A DNA stretch of 64,000 bases. Origin: Eledone cirrhosa. Taxonomy: Eukaryota. Position 1 is the stretch's first letter. Each line of letters starts with the position of its first letter. The stretch is taken from assembly GCA_964016885.1 (NCBI GenBank), contig OZ024742.1, positions 372,372,001 to 372,436,000 on the forward strand, in the 5' to 3' direction. Positions 44,101 through 58,699 of the stretch are shown piece by piece. The position numbers were made by a program, and so were the translations under genes. The notes beneath the pieces were generated by a model that did not search any database, was not told the DNA's origin, and worked only from the letters and a program-made list of their open reading frames with translations.

Positions 44101-47100
44101 AATCTCATTCTATATTAACTGTAAATCTCTTTCTATATAACCTGTAAATCTCTTTCTATATAACCTGTAAATCTCTTTCTATATAAACTGTAAATCTCAT
44201 TCTATGAGCTGTAAATCTCTTTCTATCTAAACTGTAAATCTCATTCTATATAAACTGTAAATCTCATTCTATAAACTGTAAATCTCTTTCTGTATAAACT
44301 GTAAATCTCATTCTATATAAACTATAAATCTCTTTCTATATAAACTGTAAATCTCATTCTATAAACTGTAAATCTCTTTCTATATAAACTGTAAATCTCA
44401 TTCTATATAATCTGTAAATCTCATTCTATAAACTGTACATCTCATTCTATATAAACTGTAAATCTCTTTCTATATAAACTGTAAATCTCATTCTATATAA
44501 ACTGTTAATCTCATTCTATAAACTGTAAATCTCTTTCTATATAAACTGTAAATCTCATTCTATATAAGCTGTAAATCTCTTTCTATAAACTGTAAATCTC
44601 ATTCTATATAAACTGTAAATCTCATTCTATATACACTGTAAATCTCTTTCTATATAAACTGTAAATCTCATTCTATATAAACTGTAAATCTCATTCTATA
44701 AACTGTAAATCTCTTTCCATATAAACTGTAAATCTCATTCTATATAAGCTGTAAATCTCATTCTATAAACTGTACATCTCTTTCTATATAAACTGTAAAT
44801 CTCATTCTATATAAGCTGTAAATCTCATTCTATAAACTGTACATCTCTTTCTATATAAACTGTAAATCTCATTCTATTTAAACTGTATATATCATTCTAT
44901 AAACTGTAACTCTCTGTCTATAAACTGTAAATCTCGTTCTATATAAACTGTAAATCTCTTTCCATATGAACTGTAAATCTCTTTCTATATAAACTCTGAA
45001 TCTCATTCTATATAAGCGGTAAATCTCATTCTATGAACTGTAAATCTCTTTCTATATAAACTGTAAATATCATTCTATATACACTGTAAATCTCTTTCTA
45101 TATAAACTGTAAATCTCATTCTATATAAACTGTAAATCTCATTCTATAAACTGTAAATCTCTTTCTATATAAACTGTAAATCTCGTTCTATATAAGCTGT
45201 AAATCTCATTCTATAAACTGTAAATCTCTTTCTATATAAACTGTAAATCTCATTCTATATAAACTGTATATATCATTCTATAAACTGTAAATCTCATTCT
45301 ATAAACTGTAAATCTCTTTCTATATAAACTGTAAATCTCATTCTATATAAACTGTAAATCTCTTTCTATATGAACTGTAAATCTCATTATATATAAATTG
45401 TAAATCTCATTCTATAAACTGTGAATCTCATTCTATATAAACTGTAAATCTCATTCTATATACACTGTAAATCTCTTTCTATATAAACTGTAAATCTCAT
45501 TCTATATAAACTGTAAATCTCATTCTATAAACTGTAAATCTCTTTCCATATAAACTGTAAATCTCATTCTATATAAGCTGTAAATCTCATTCTATAAACT
45601 GTACATCTCTTTCTATATAAACTGTAAATCTCATTCTATATAAACTGTATATATCATTCTATAAACTGTAAATCTCATTCTATAAACTGTAAATCTCTTT
45701 CTATATAAACTGTAAATCTCATTCTATATAAACTGTAAATCTTATTCTATATTAACTGTAAATCTGATTCTATAAACTGTAAATCTCTTTCTATATAAAC
45801 TGTAAATCTCATTCTATATAAACTGTAAATCTCTTTCTATATAAACTGTAAATCTCATTCTATATAAATTGTAAATCTCATTCTATAAACTGTGAATCGC
45901 ATTCTATATAAACTGTAAATCTCATTCTATAAACTGTAAATCTCATTCTATGAGCTGTAAATCTCTTTCTATATAAACTGTAAATCTCATTCTATATAAA
46001 CTGTAAATCTCATTCTATAAACTGTAAATCTCTTTCTGTATAAACTGTAAATCTCATTCTATATAAACTATAAATCTCTTTCTATATAAACTGTAAATTT
46101 CATTCTATAAACTGTAAATCTCTTTCTATATAAACTGTAAATCTCATTCTATATAAACTGTAAATCTCTTTCTATATAAACTGTAAATCTCATTCTATAT
46201 AAACTGTAAATCTCATTCTATAAACTGTAAATCTCTTTTTATATAAACTGTAAATCTCGTTCTATATAATCTGTAAATCTCATTCTATAAACTGTAAATC
46301 TCTTTCTATATAAACTGTAAATCTCATTCTATATAAACTGTAAATCTCTTTCTATATAAACTGTAAATTTCATTCTATAAACTGTAAATCTCTTTCTATA
46401 TAAACTGTAAAACTCATTCTATATAAACTGTAAATCTCTTTCTATATAAACTGTAAATCTCGTTCTATATAAGCTGTAAATCTCATTCTATAAACTGTAA
46501 ATCTCATTCTATATAAACTGTAAATCTCATTCTATAAACTGTAAATCTCTTTCTATATAAACTGTAAATCTCATTCTATATAATCTGTAAATCTCATTCT
46601 ATAAACTGTACATCTCATTCTATATAAACTGTAAATCTCTTTCTATATAAACTGTAAATCTCATTCTATATAAACTGTAAATCTCTTTCTATATGAACTG
46701 TAAATCTCATTATATATAAATTGTAAATCTCATTCTATAAACTGTGAATCTCATTCTATATAAACTGTAAATCTCATTCTATATACACTGTAAATCTCTT
46801 TCTATATAAACTGTAAATCTCATTCTATATAAACTGTAAATCTCATTCTATAAACTGTAAATCTCTTTCCATATAAACTGTAAATCTCATTCTATATAAG
46901 CTGTAAATCTCATTCTATAAACTGTACATCTCTTTCTATATAAACTGTAAATCTCATTCTATATAAACTGTATATATCATTCTATAAACTGTAAATCTCA
47001 TTCTATAAACTGTAAATCTCTTTCTATATAAACTGTAAATCTCATTCTATATAAACTGTAAATCTTATTCTATATTAACTGTAAATCTGATTCTATAAAC

Positions 47101-47750
47101 TGTAAATCTCTTTCTATATAAACTGTAAATCTCATTCTATATAAACTGTAAATCTCTTTCTATATAAACTGTAAATCTCATTCTATATAAATTGTAAATC
47201 TCATTCTATAAACTGTGAATCGCATTCTATATAAACTGTAAATCTCATTCTATAAACTGTAAATCTCATTCTATGAGCTGTAAATCTCTTTCTATATAAA
47301 CTGTAAATCTCATTCTATATAAACTGTAAATCTCATTCTATAAACTGTAAATCTCTTTCTGTATAAACTGTAAATCTCATTCTATATAAACTATAAATCT
47401 CTTTCTATATAAACTGTAAATTTCATTCTATAAACTGTAAATCTCTTTCTATATAAACTGTAAATCTCATTCTATATAAACTGTAAATCTCTTTCTATAT
47501 AAACTGTAAATCTCATTCTATATAAACTGTAAATCTCATTCTATAAACTGTAAATCTCTTTTTATATAAACTGTAAATCTCGTTCTATATAATCTGTAAA
47601 TCTCATTCTATAAACTGTAAATCTCTTTCTATATAAACTGTAAATCTCATTCTATATAAACTGTAAATCTCTTTCTATATAAACTGTAAATTTCATTCTA
47701 TAAACTGTAAATCTCTTTCTATATAAACTGTAAATCTCATTCTATATAAA
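38800..47750. repeat. Duplication of ~4.35-4.6 kb, each copy containing an internal 1323-bp tandem duplication
   Basis: Offset 4348: atccgatt 39221/43569, tatgagc 39858/44206. Offset 4595: cassette 40311/44906, tatgagc 41357/45952 and 42680/47275, gtaaaactc 41812/46407. Internal offset 1323: 41357/42680 and 45952/47275. Confidence 0.85.
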
Positions 47751-48749
47751 CTGTAAATCTCTTTCTATATAAACTGTAAATCTCGTTCTATATAAGCTGT
47801 AAATCTCATTCTATAAACTGTAAATCTCATTCTATATAAACTGTAAATCTCATTCTATAAACTGTAAATCTCTTTCTATATAAACTGTAAATCTCATTCT
47901 ATATAATCTGTAAATCTCATTCTATAAACTGTACATCTCATTCTATATAAACTGTAAATCTCTTTCTATATAAACTGTAAATCTCATTCTATATAAACTG
48001 TTAATCTCATTCTATATACTGTAAATCTCTTTCTATATAAACTGTAAATCTCATTCTATATAAGCTGTAAATCTCTTTCTATAAACTGTAAATCTCTTTC
48101 TATATAAACTGTAAATCTCATTCTATTTAAACTGTATATATCATTCTATAAACTGTAACTCTCTGTCTATAAACTGTAAATCTCGTTCTATATAAACTGT
48201 AAATCTCTTTCCATATGAACTGTAAATCTCTTTCTATATAAACTCTGAATCTCATTCTGTATAAGCTGTAAATCTCATTCTATGAACTGTAAATCTCTTT
48301 CTATATAAACTGTAAATCTCATTCTATATAAACTGTGAATCTCTTTCTATATAAACTGTAAATCTCATTCTATATAAACTGTAAATCTCTTTCTATATAA
48401 ACTGTAAATCTCATTCTATATAAACTGTGAATCTCATTCTATAAACTGTAAATCTCTTTCTATATAAACTGTAAATATCATTCTATATACACTGTAAATC
48501 TCTTTCTATATAAACTGTAAATCTCATTCTATATAAACTGTAAATCTCATTCTATAAACTGTAAATCTCTTTCTATATAAACTGTAAATCTCGTTCTATA
48601 TAAGCTGTAAATCTCATTCTATAAACTGTAAATCTCTTTCTATATAAACTGTAAATCTCATTCTATATAAACTGTATATATCATTCTATAAACTGTAAAT
48701 CTCATTCTATAAACTGTAAATCTCTTTCTATATAAACTGTAAATCTCAT

Positions 48750-51700
48750 TCTATATAAACTGTAAATCTCTTTCTATATGAACTGTAAATCTCATTATAT
48801 ATAAATTGTAAATCTCATTCTATAAACTGTGAATCTCATTCTATATAAACTGTAAATCTCATTCTATATACACTGTAAATCTCTTTCTATATAAACTGTA
48901 AATCTCATTCTATATAAACTGTAAATCTCATTCTATAAACTGTAAATCTCTTTCCATATAAACTGTAAATCTCATTCTATATAAGCTGTAAATCTCATTC
49001 TATAAACTGTACATCTCTTTCTATATAAACTGTAAATCTCATTCTATATAAACTGTATATATCATTCTATAAACTGTACATCTCATTCTATAAACTGTAA
49101 ATCTCTTTCTATATAAACTGTAAATCTCATTCTATATAAACTGTAAATCTTATTCTATATTAACTGTAAATCTGATTCTATAAACTGTAAATCTCTTTCT
49201 ATATAAACTGTAAATCTCATTCTATATAAACTGTAAATCTCTTTCTATATAAACTGTAAATCTAATTCTATATAAACTGTAAATCTCATTCTATAAACTG
49301 TAAATCTCTTTCTATATAAACTCTTAATCTCATTCTATATAAACTGTAAATCTCATTCTATAAAGTGTAAATCTCATTCTATATTAACTGTAAATCTCTT
49401 TCTATATAACCTGTAAATCTCTTTCTATATAACCTGTAAATCTCTTTCTATATAAACTGTAAATCTCATGCTATAGACTGTAAATCTCATTCTATATGAA
49501 CTGTAAATCTCTTTCTATATAAACTGTAAATCTCATTCTATATAAACTGTAAATCGCATTCTATATAATCTGTAAATCTCATTCGATAAACTGTAAATCT
49601 TTTTCTAAATAAACTGTAAATCTCATTCTATATAAACTGTAAATCTCTTTCTATATAAACTGTAAATTTCATTCTATAAACTGTAAATCTCTTTCTATAT
49701 AAACTGTAAATCTCATTCTATATAAACTGTAAATCTCTTTCTATATAAACTGTAAATCTCATTCTATATAAAGTGAATCTCATTCTATATAAACTGTAAA
49801 TCTCTTTCTATATAAACTGTAAATCTCATTCTATATAAACTGTAAATCTCATTCTATATAAACTGTAAATCTCATTCTATAAACTGTAAATCTCTTTCTA
49901 TATAAACTGTAAATCTCATTCTATATAAGCTGTAAATCTCATTCTATTAACTGTAAATCTCATTCTATATAAACTGTAAATCTCATTCTATATAAACTGT
50001 ATATATCATTCTATAAACTGTAAATCTCATTCTATAAACTGTAAATCTCATTCTATATAAACTGTGAATCTCATTCTATATAAACTGTATATATCATTCT
50101 ATAAACTGTAAATCTCATTCTATAAACTGTAAATCTCTTTCTATATAAACTGTAAATCTCATTCTATATAAACTGTAAATCTCATTCTATATTAACTGTA
50201 AATCTGATTCTATAAACTGTAAATCTCTTTCTATATAAACTCTTAATCACATTCTATATGAACTGTAAATCTCTTTCTATATAAACTGTGAATCTCTTTC
50301 TATATAAACTGTAAATCTCGTTCTATATAAGCTGTAAATCTCATTCTATAAACTGTAAATCTCTTTCTATATAAACTGTAAATCTCTTTCTATATGAACT
50401 GTAAATCTCATTATATATAAATTGTAAATCTCATTCTATAAACTGTGAATCTCATTCTATATAAACTGTAAATCTCATTCTATATACACTGTAAATCTCT
50501 TTCTATATAAACTGTAAATCTCATTCTATATAAACTGTAAATCTCATTCTATAAACTGTAAATCTCTTTCCATATAAACTGTAAATCTCATTCTATATAA
50601 GCTGTAAATCTCATTCTATAAACTGTACATCTCTTTCTATATAAACTGTAAATCTCATTCTATATAAACTGTATATATCATTCTATAAACTGTAAGTCTC
50701 ATTCTATAAACTGTAAATCTCTTTCTATATAAACTGTAAATCTCATTCTATATAAACTGTAAATCTTATTCTATATTAACTGTAAATCTGATTCTATAAA
50801 CTGTAAATCTCTTTCTATATAAACTGTAAATCTCATTCTATATAAACTGTAAATCTCTTTCTATATAAACTGTAAATCTAATTCTATATAAACTGTAAAT
50901 CTCATTCTATAAACTGTAAATCTCTTTCTATATAAACTCTTAATCTCATTCTATATAAACTGTAAATCTCATTCTATAAACTGTAAATCTCATTCTATAT
51001 TAACTGTAAATCTCTTTCTATATAACCTGTAAATCTCTTTCTATATAACCTGTAAATCTCTTTCTATATAAACTGTAAATCTCATGCTATAGACTGTAAA
51101 TCTCATTCTATATGAACTGTAAATCTCTTTCTATATAAACTGTAAATCTCATTCTATATAAACTGTAAATCGCATTCTATATAATCTGTAAATCTCATTC
51201 GATAAACTGTAAATCTTTTTCTAAATAAACTGTAAATCTCATTCTATATAAACTGTAAATCTCTTTCTATATAAACTGTAAATTTCATTCTATAAACTGT
51301 AAATCTCTTTCTATATAAACTGTAAATCTCATTCTATATAAACTGTAAATCTCTTTCTATATAAACTGTAAATCTCATTCTATATAAAGTGAATCTCATT
51401 CTATATAAACTGTAAATCTCTTTCTATATAAACTGTAAATCTCATTCTATATAAACTGTAAATCTCATTCTATATAAACTGTAAATCTCATTCTATAAAC
51501 TGTAAATCTCTTTCTATATAAACTGTAAATCTCATTCTATATAAGCTGTAAATCTCATTCTATTAACTGTAAATCTCATTCTATATAAACTGTAAATCTC
51601 ATTCTATATAAACTGTATATATCATTCTATAAACTGTAAATCTCATTCTATAAACTGTAAATCTCATTCTATATAAACTGTGAATCTCATTCTATATAAA

Positions 51701-51990
51701 CTGTATATATCATTCTATAAACTGTAAATCTCATTCTATAAACTGTAAATCTCTTTCTATATAAACTGTAAATCTCATTCTATATAAACTGTAAATCTCA
51801 TTCTATATTAACTGTAAATCTGATTCTATAAACTGTAAATCTCTTTCTATATAAACTCTTAATCTCATTCTATATGAACTGTAAATCTCTTTCTATATAA
51901 ACTGTGAATCTCTTTCTATATAAACTGTAAATCTCGTTCTATATAAGCTGTAAATCTCATTCTATAAACTGTAAATCTCTTTCTATATAA
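48750..51990. repeat. Tandem duplication, period 1616 bp
   Basis: catgctatagac 49467/51083, ttcgat 49584/51200 and aagtgaatc 49771/51387 all lie at offset 1616. Confidence 0.9.
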
Positions 51991-54900
51991 ACTGTAAATC
52001 TCATTCTATATAAACTGTATATATCATTCTATAAACTGTACATCTCATTCTATAAACTCTAAATCTCTTTCTATATAAACTGTAAATCTCATTCTATATA
52101 AACTGTAAATCTCTTTCTATATAAGCTGTAAATCTCTTTCTATAAACTGTAAATCTCTTTCTATATAAATTGTAAATCTCATTCTATAAACTGTGAATCT
52201 CATTCTATAAACTGTGAATCTCATTCTATATAAACTGTAAATCTCATTCTATAAACTGTAAATCTCTTTCTATATAAGCTGTAAATCTCATTCTATATAA
52301 ACTGTAAATCTCATTCTATAAACTGTAAGTCTCATTCTATATAAACTGTAAATCTCATTCTATAAACTGTAAATCTCATTCTATATAAACTGTAAATCTC
52401 ATTCTATAAACTGTAAGTCTCATTCTATATAAACTGTAAATCTCATTCTATAAACTGTAAATCTCATTCTATATAAACTGTAAATCTCTTTCTATATAAA
52501 CTGTAAATCTCATTCTATATAAACTGTAAATCTCATTCTATAAACTGTAAATCTCTTTCTATATAAACTGTAAATCTCATTCTATATAAGCTGTAAATCT
52601 CATACTATAAACTGTAAATCTCCTTCTATATAAACTGTAAATCCCATTCTATATAAACTGTAAATCTCATTCTATATAAACTTTAAATCTCATTCTATAT
52701 AAACTGTGAATCTCTTTCTATATAAACTGTAAATCTCGTTCTATATAAGCTGTAAATCTCATTCTATAAACTGTAAATCTCTTTCTATATAAACTGTAAA
52801 TCTCATTCTATATAAACTGTATATATCATTCTATAAACTGTACATCTCATTCTATAAACTCTAAATCTCTTTCTATATAAACTGTAAATCTCATTCTATA
52901 TAAACTGTAAATCTCTTTCTATATAAGCTGTAAATCTCTTTCTATAAACTGTAAATCTCTTTCTATATAAATTGTAAATCTCATTCTATAAACTGTGAAT
53001 CTCATTCTATAAACTGTGAATCTCATTCTATATAAACTGTAAATCTCATTCTATAAACTGTAAATCTCTTTCTATATAAGCTGTAAATCTCATTCTATAT
53101 AAACTGTAAATCTCATTCTATAAACTGTAAGTCTCATTCTATATAAACTGTAAATCTCATTCTATAAACTGTCAATCTCATTCTATATAAACTGTAAATC
53201 TCATTCTATAAACTGTAAGTCTCATTCTATATAAACTGTAAATCTCATTCTATAAACTGTAAATCTCATTCTATATAAACTGTAAATCTCTTTCTATATA
53301 AACTGTAAATCTCATTCTATATAAACTGTAAATCTCATTCTATAAACTGTAAATCTCTTTCTATATAAACTGTAAATCTCATTCTATATAAGCTGTAAAT
53401 CTCATACTATAAACTGTAAATCTCCTTCTATATAAACTGTAAATCCCATTCTATATAAACTGTAAATCTCATTCTATATAAACTTTAAATCTCATTCTAT
53501 ATAAACTGTAAATCTCTTTCTATATAAACTGTAAATCTCATTCTATATAAACTGTGAATCTCATTCTATATAAACTGTAATTCTCATTCTATATTAACTG
53601 TAAATCTCATTCTATAAACTGTAAATCTCTTTCTATATAAGCTGTAAATCTCATTCTATATAAACTGTAAATCTCATTCTATAAACTGTAAATCTCATTC
53701 TATATAAACTGTAAATCTCATTCTATAAACTGTAAATCTCTTTCTATATAAACTGTAAATCTCATTCTATATAATCTGTAAATCTCATTCTATAAACTGT
53801 AAATCTCATTCTATATAAACTGTAAATCTCTTTCTATATAAACTGTAAATCTCATTCTATATAAACTGTAAATCTCATTCTCTAAACTGTAAATCTCTTT
53901 CTATATAAACTGTAAATCTCATTCTATATAAGCTGTAAATCTCATACTATAAACTGTTAATCTCTTTCTATATAAACTGTAAATCTCATTCTATATAAAC
54001 TGTATATATCATTCTATAAACTGTAACTCTCAGTCTATAAACTGTAAATCTCGTTCTATATAAACTGTAAATCTCTTTCTATATGAACTGTAAATCTCTT
54101 TCTATATAAACTCTGAATCTCATTCTATATAAGCTGTAAATCTCATTCTATGAACTGTAAATCTCTTTCTATATAAACTGTAAATCTCATTCTATATAAA
54201 CTGTAAATCTCATTCTATAAACTGTAAATCTCTTTCTATATAAACTGTAAATCTCATTCTATATAAACTGTAAATCTCTTTCTATATAAACTGTAAATTT
54301 CATTCTATAAACTGTAAATCTCTTTCCATATAAACTGTAAATCTCATTCTATATAAACTGTAAATCTCTTTCTATATAAACTGTAAATCTCATTCTATAT
54401 AAACTGTGAATCTCATTCTATAAACTGTAAATCTCTTTCTATATAAACTGTAAATCTCGTTCTATATAATCTGTAAATCTCATTCTATAAACTGTAAATC
54501 TCTTTCTATATAAAGTGTAAATCTCATTCTATATAAACTGTAAATCTCTTTCTATATAAGCTGTAAATCTCATTCTATTAACTGTAAATCTCATTCTATA
54601 TAAACTGTAAATCTCATTCTATATAAACTGTATATATCATTCTATAAACTGTAAATCTCATTCTATAAACTGTAAATCTCATTCTATATAAACTGTGAAT
54701 CTCATTCTATATAAACTGTATATATCATTCTATAAACTGTAAATCTCATTCTATAAACTGTAAATCTCTTTCTATATAAACTGTAAATCTCATTCTATAT
54801 AAACTGTAAATCTCATTCTATATTAACTGTAAATCTGATTCTATAAACTGTAAATCTCTTTCTATATAAACTCTTAATCTCATTCTATATGAACTGTAAA

Positions 54901-57570
54901 TCTCTTTCTATATAAACTGTGAATCTCTTTCTATATAAACTGTAAATCTCGTTCTATATAAGCTGTAAATCTCATTCTATAAACTGTAAATCTCTTTCTA
55001 TATAAACTGTAAATCTCATTCTATATAAACTGTATATATCATTCTATAAACTGTACATCTCATTCTATAAACTCTAAATCTCTTTCTATATAAACTGTAA
55101 ATCTCATTCTATATAAACTGTAAATCTCTTTCTATATAAGCTGTAAATCTCTTTCTATAAACTGTAAATCTCTTTCTATATAAATTGTAAATCTCATTCT
55201 ATAAACTGTGAATCTCATTCTATAAACTGTGAATCTCATTCTATATAAACTGTAAATCTCATTCTATAAACTGTAAATCTCTTTCTATATAAGCTGTAAA
55301 TCTCATTCTATATAAACTGTAAATCTCATTCTATAAACTGTAAGTCTCATTCTATATAAACTGTAAATCTCATTCTATAAACTGTAAATCTCATTCTATA
55401 TAAACTGTAAATCTCATTCTATAAACTGTAAGTCTCATTCTATATAAACTGTAAATCTCATTCTATAAACTGTAAATCTCATTCTATATAAACTGTAAAT
55501 CTCTTTCTATATAAACTGTAAATCTCATTCTATATAAACTGTAAATCTCATTCTATAAACTGTAAATCTCTTTCTATATAAACTGTAAATCTCATTCTAT
55601 ATAAGCTGTAAATCTCATACTATAAACTGTAAATCTCCTTCTATATAAACTGTAAATCCCATTCTATATAAACTGTAAATCTCATTCTATATAAACTTTA
55701 AATCTCATTCTATATAAACTGTGAATCTCTTTCTATATAAACTGTAAATCTCGTTCTATATAAGCTGTAAATCTCATTCTATAAACTGTAAATCTCTTTC
55801 TATATAAACTGTAAATCTCATTCTATATAAACTGTATATATCATTCTATAAACTGTACATCTCATTCTATAAACTCTAAATCTCTTTCTATATAAACTGT
55901 AAATCTCATTCTATATAAACTGTAAATCTCTTTCTATATAAGCTGTAAATCTCTTTCTATAAACTGTAAATCTCTTTCTATATAAATTGTAAATCTCATT
56001 CTATAAACTGTGAATCTCATTCTATAAACTGTGAATCTCATTCTATATAAACTGTAAATCTCATTCTATAAACTGTAAATCTCTTTCTATATAAGCTGTA
56101 AATCTCATTCTATATAAACTGTAAATCTCATTCTATAAACTGTAAGTCTCATTCTATATAAACTGTAAATCTCATTCTATAAACTGTCAATCTCATTCTA
56201 TATAAACTGTAAATCTCATTCTATAAACTGTAAGTCTCATTCTATATAAACTGTAAATCTCATTCTATAAACTGTAAATCTCATTCTATATAAACTGTAA
56301 ATCTCTTTCTATATAAACTGTAAATCTCATTCTATATAAACTGTAAATCTCATTCTATAAACTGTAAATCTCTTTCTATATAAACTGTAAATCTCATTCT
56401 ATATAAGCTGTAAATCTCATACTATAAACTGTAAATCTCCTTCTATATAAACTGTAAATCCCATTCTATATAAACTGTAAATCTCATTCTATATAAACTT
56501 TAAATCTCATTCTATATAAACTGTAAATCTCTTTCTATATAAACTGTAAATCTCATTCTATATAAACTGTGAATCTCATTCTATATAAACTGTAATTCTC
56601 ATTCTATATTAACTGTAAATCTCATTCTATAAACTGTAAATCTCTTTCTATATAAGCTGTAAATCTCATTCTATATAAACTGTAAATCTCATTCTATAAA
56701 CTGTAAATCTCATTCTATATAAACTGTAAATCTCATTCTATAAACTGTAAATCTCTTTCTATATAAACTGTAAATCTCATTCTATATAATCTGTAAATCT
56801 CATTCTATAAACTGTAAATCTCATTCTATATAAACTGTAAATCTCTTTCTATATAAACTGTAAATCTCATTCTATATAAACTGTAAATCTCATTCTCTAA
56901 ACTGTAAATCTCTTTCTATATAAACTGTAAATCTCATTCTATATAAGCTGTAAATCTCATACTATAAACTGTTAATCTCTTTCTATATAAACTGTAAATC
57001 TCATTCTATATAAACTGTATATATCATTCTATAAACTGTAACTCTCAGTCTATAAACTGTAAATCTCGTTCTATATAAACTGTAAATCTCTTTCTATATG
57101 AACTGTAAATCTCTTTCTATATAAACTCTGAATCTCATTCTATATAAGCTGTAAATCTCATTCTATGAACTGTAAATCTCTTTCTATATAAACTGTAAAT
57201 CTCATTCTATATAAACTGTAAATCTCATTCTATAAACTGTAAATCTCTTTCTATATAAACTGTAAATCTCATTCTATATAAACTGTAAATCTCTTTCTAT
57301 ATAAACTGTAAATTTAATTCTATAAACTGTAAATCTCTTTCCATATAAACTGTAAATCTCATTCTATATAAACTGTAAATCTCTTTCTATATAAACTGTA
57401 AATCTCATTCTATATAAACTGTGAATCTCATTCTATAAACTGTAAATCTCTTTCTATATAAACTGTAAATCTCGTTCTATATAATCTGTAAATCTCATTC
57501 TATAAACTGTAAATCTCTTTCTATATAAAGTGTAAATCTCATTCTATATAAACTGTAAATCTCTTTCTAT
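51541..57570. repeat. Tandem duplication, period 3015 bp, each copy containing an 802-bp tandem duplication
   Basis: Offset 3015: ctctaaatc 52057/55072 and 52859/55874, atccc 52641/55656, cassette 54023/57038, taaagtg 54511/57526. Offset 802: 52057/52859 and 52641/53443. Confidence 0.9.
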
Positions 57571-58699
57571 ATAAACTGTAAATTTCATTCTATAAACTGT
57601 AAATCTCTTTCTATATAAACTGTAAATCTCATTCTATATAAACTGTAAATCTCTTTCTATATAAACTGTAAATCTCGTTCTATATAAGCTGTAGATCTCA
57701 TTCTATAAACTGTAAATCTCATTCTATATAAACTGTAAATCTCATTCTATAAACTGTAAATCTCTTTCTATATGAACTGTAAATCTCATTCTATATAATC
57801 TGTAAATCTCATTCTATAAACTGTACATCTCATTCTATATAAACTGTAAATCTCTTTCTATATAAACTGTAAATCTCATTCTATATAAACTGTTAATCTC
57901 ATTCTATAAACTGTAAATCTCTTTCTATATAAACTGTAAATCTCATTCTATATAAGCTGTAAATCTCTTTCTATAAACTGTAAATCTCTTTCTATATAAA
58001 CTGTAAATCTCATTCTATTTAAACTGTATATATCATTCTATAAACTGTAACTCTCTGTCTATAAACTGTAAATCTCGTTCTATATAAACTGTAAATCTCT
58101 TTCCATATGAACTGTAAATCTCTTTCTATATAAACTCTGAATCTCATTCTATATAAGCGGTAAATCTCATTCTATGAACTGTAAATCTCTTTCTATATAA
58201 ACTGTAAATCTCATTCTATATAAACTGTGAATCTCTTTCTATATAAACTGTAAATCTCATTCTATATAAACTGTAAATCTCATTCTATAAACTGTAAATC
58301 TCTTTCTATATAAACTGTAAATATCATTCTATATACACTGTAAATCTCTTTCTATATAAACTGTAAATCTCATTCTATATAAACTGTAAATCTCATTCTA
58401 TAAACTGTAAATCTCTTTCTATATAAACTGTAAATCTCGTTCTATATAAGCTGTAAATCTCATTCTATAAACTGTAAATCTCTTTCTATATAAACTGTAA
58501 ATCTCATTCTATATAAACTGTATATATCATTCTATAAACTGTAAATCTCATTCTATAAACTGTAAATCTCTTTCTATATAAACTGTAAATCTCATTCTAT
58601 ATAAACTGTAAATCTCTTTCTATATGAACTGTAAATCTCATTATATATAAATTGTAAATCTCATTCTATAAACTGTGAATCTCATTCTATATAAACTGT

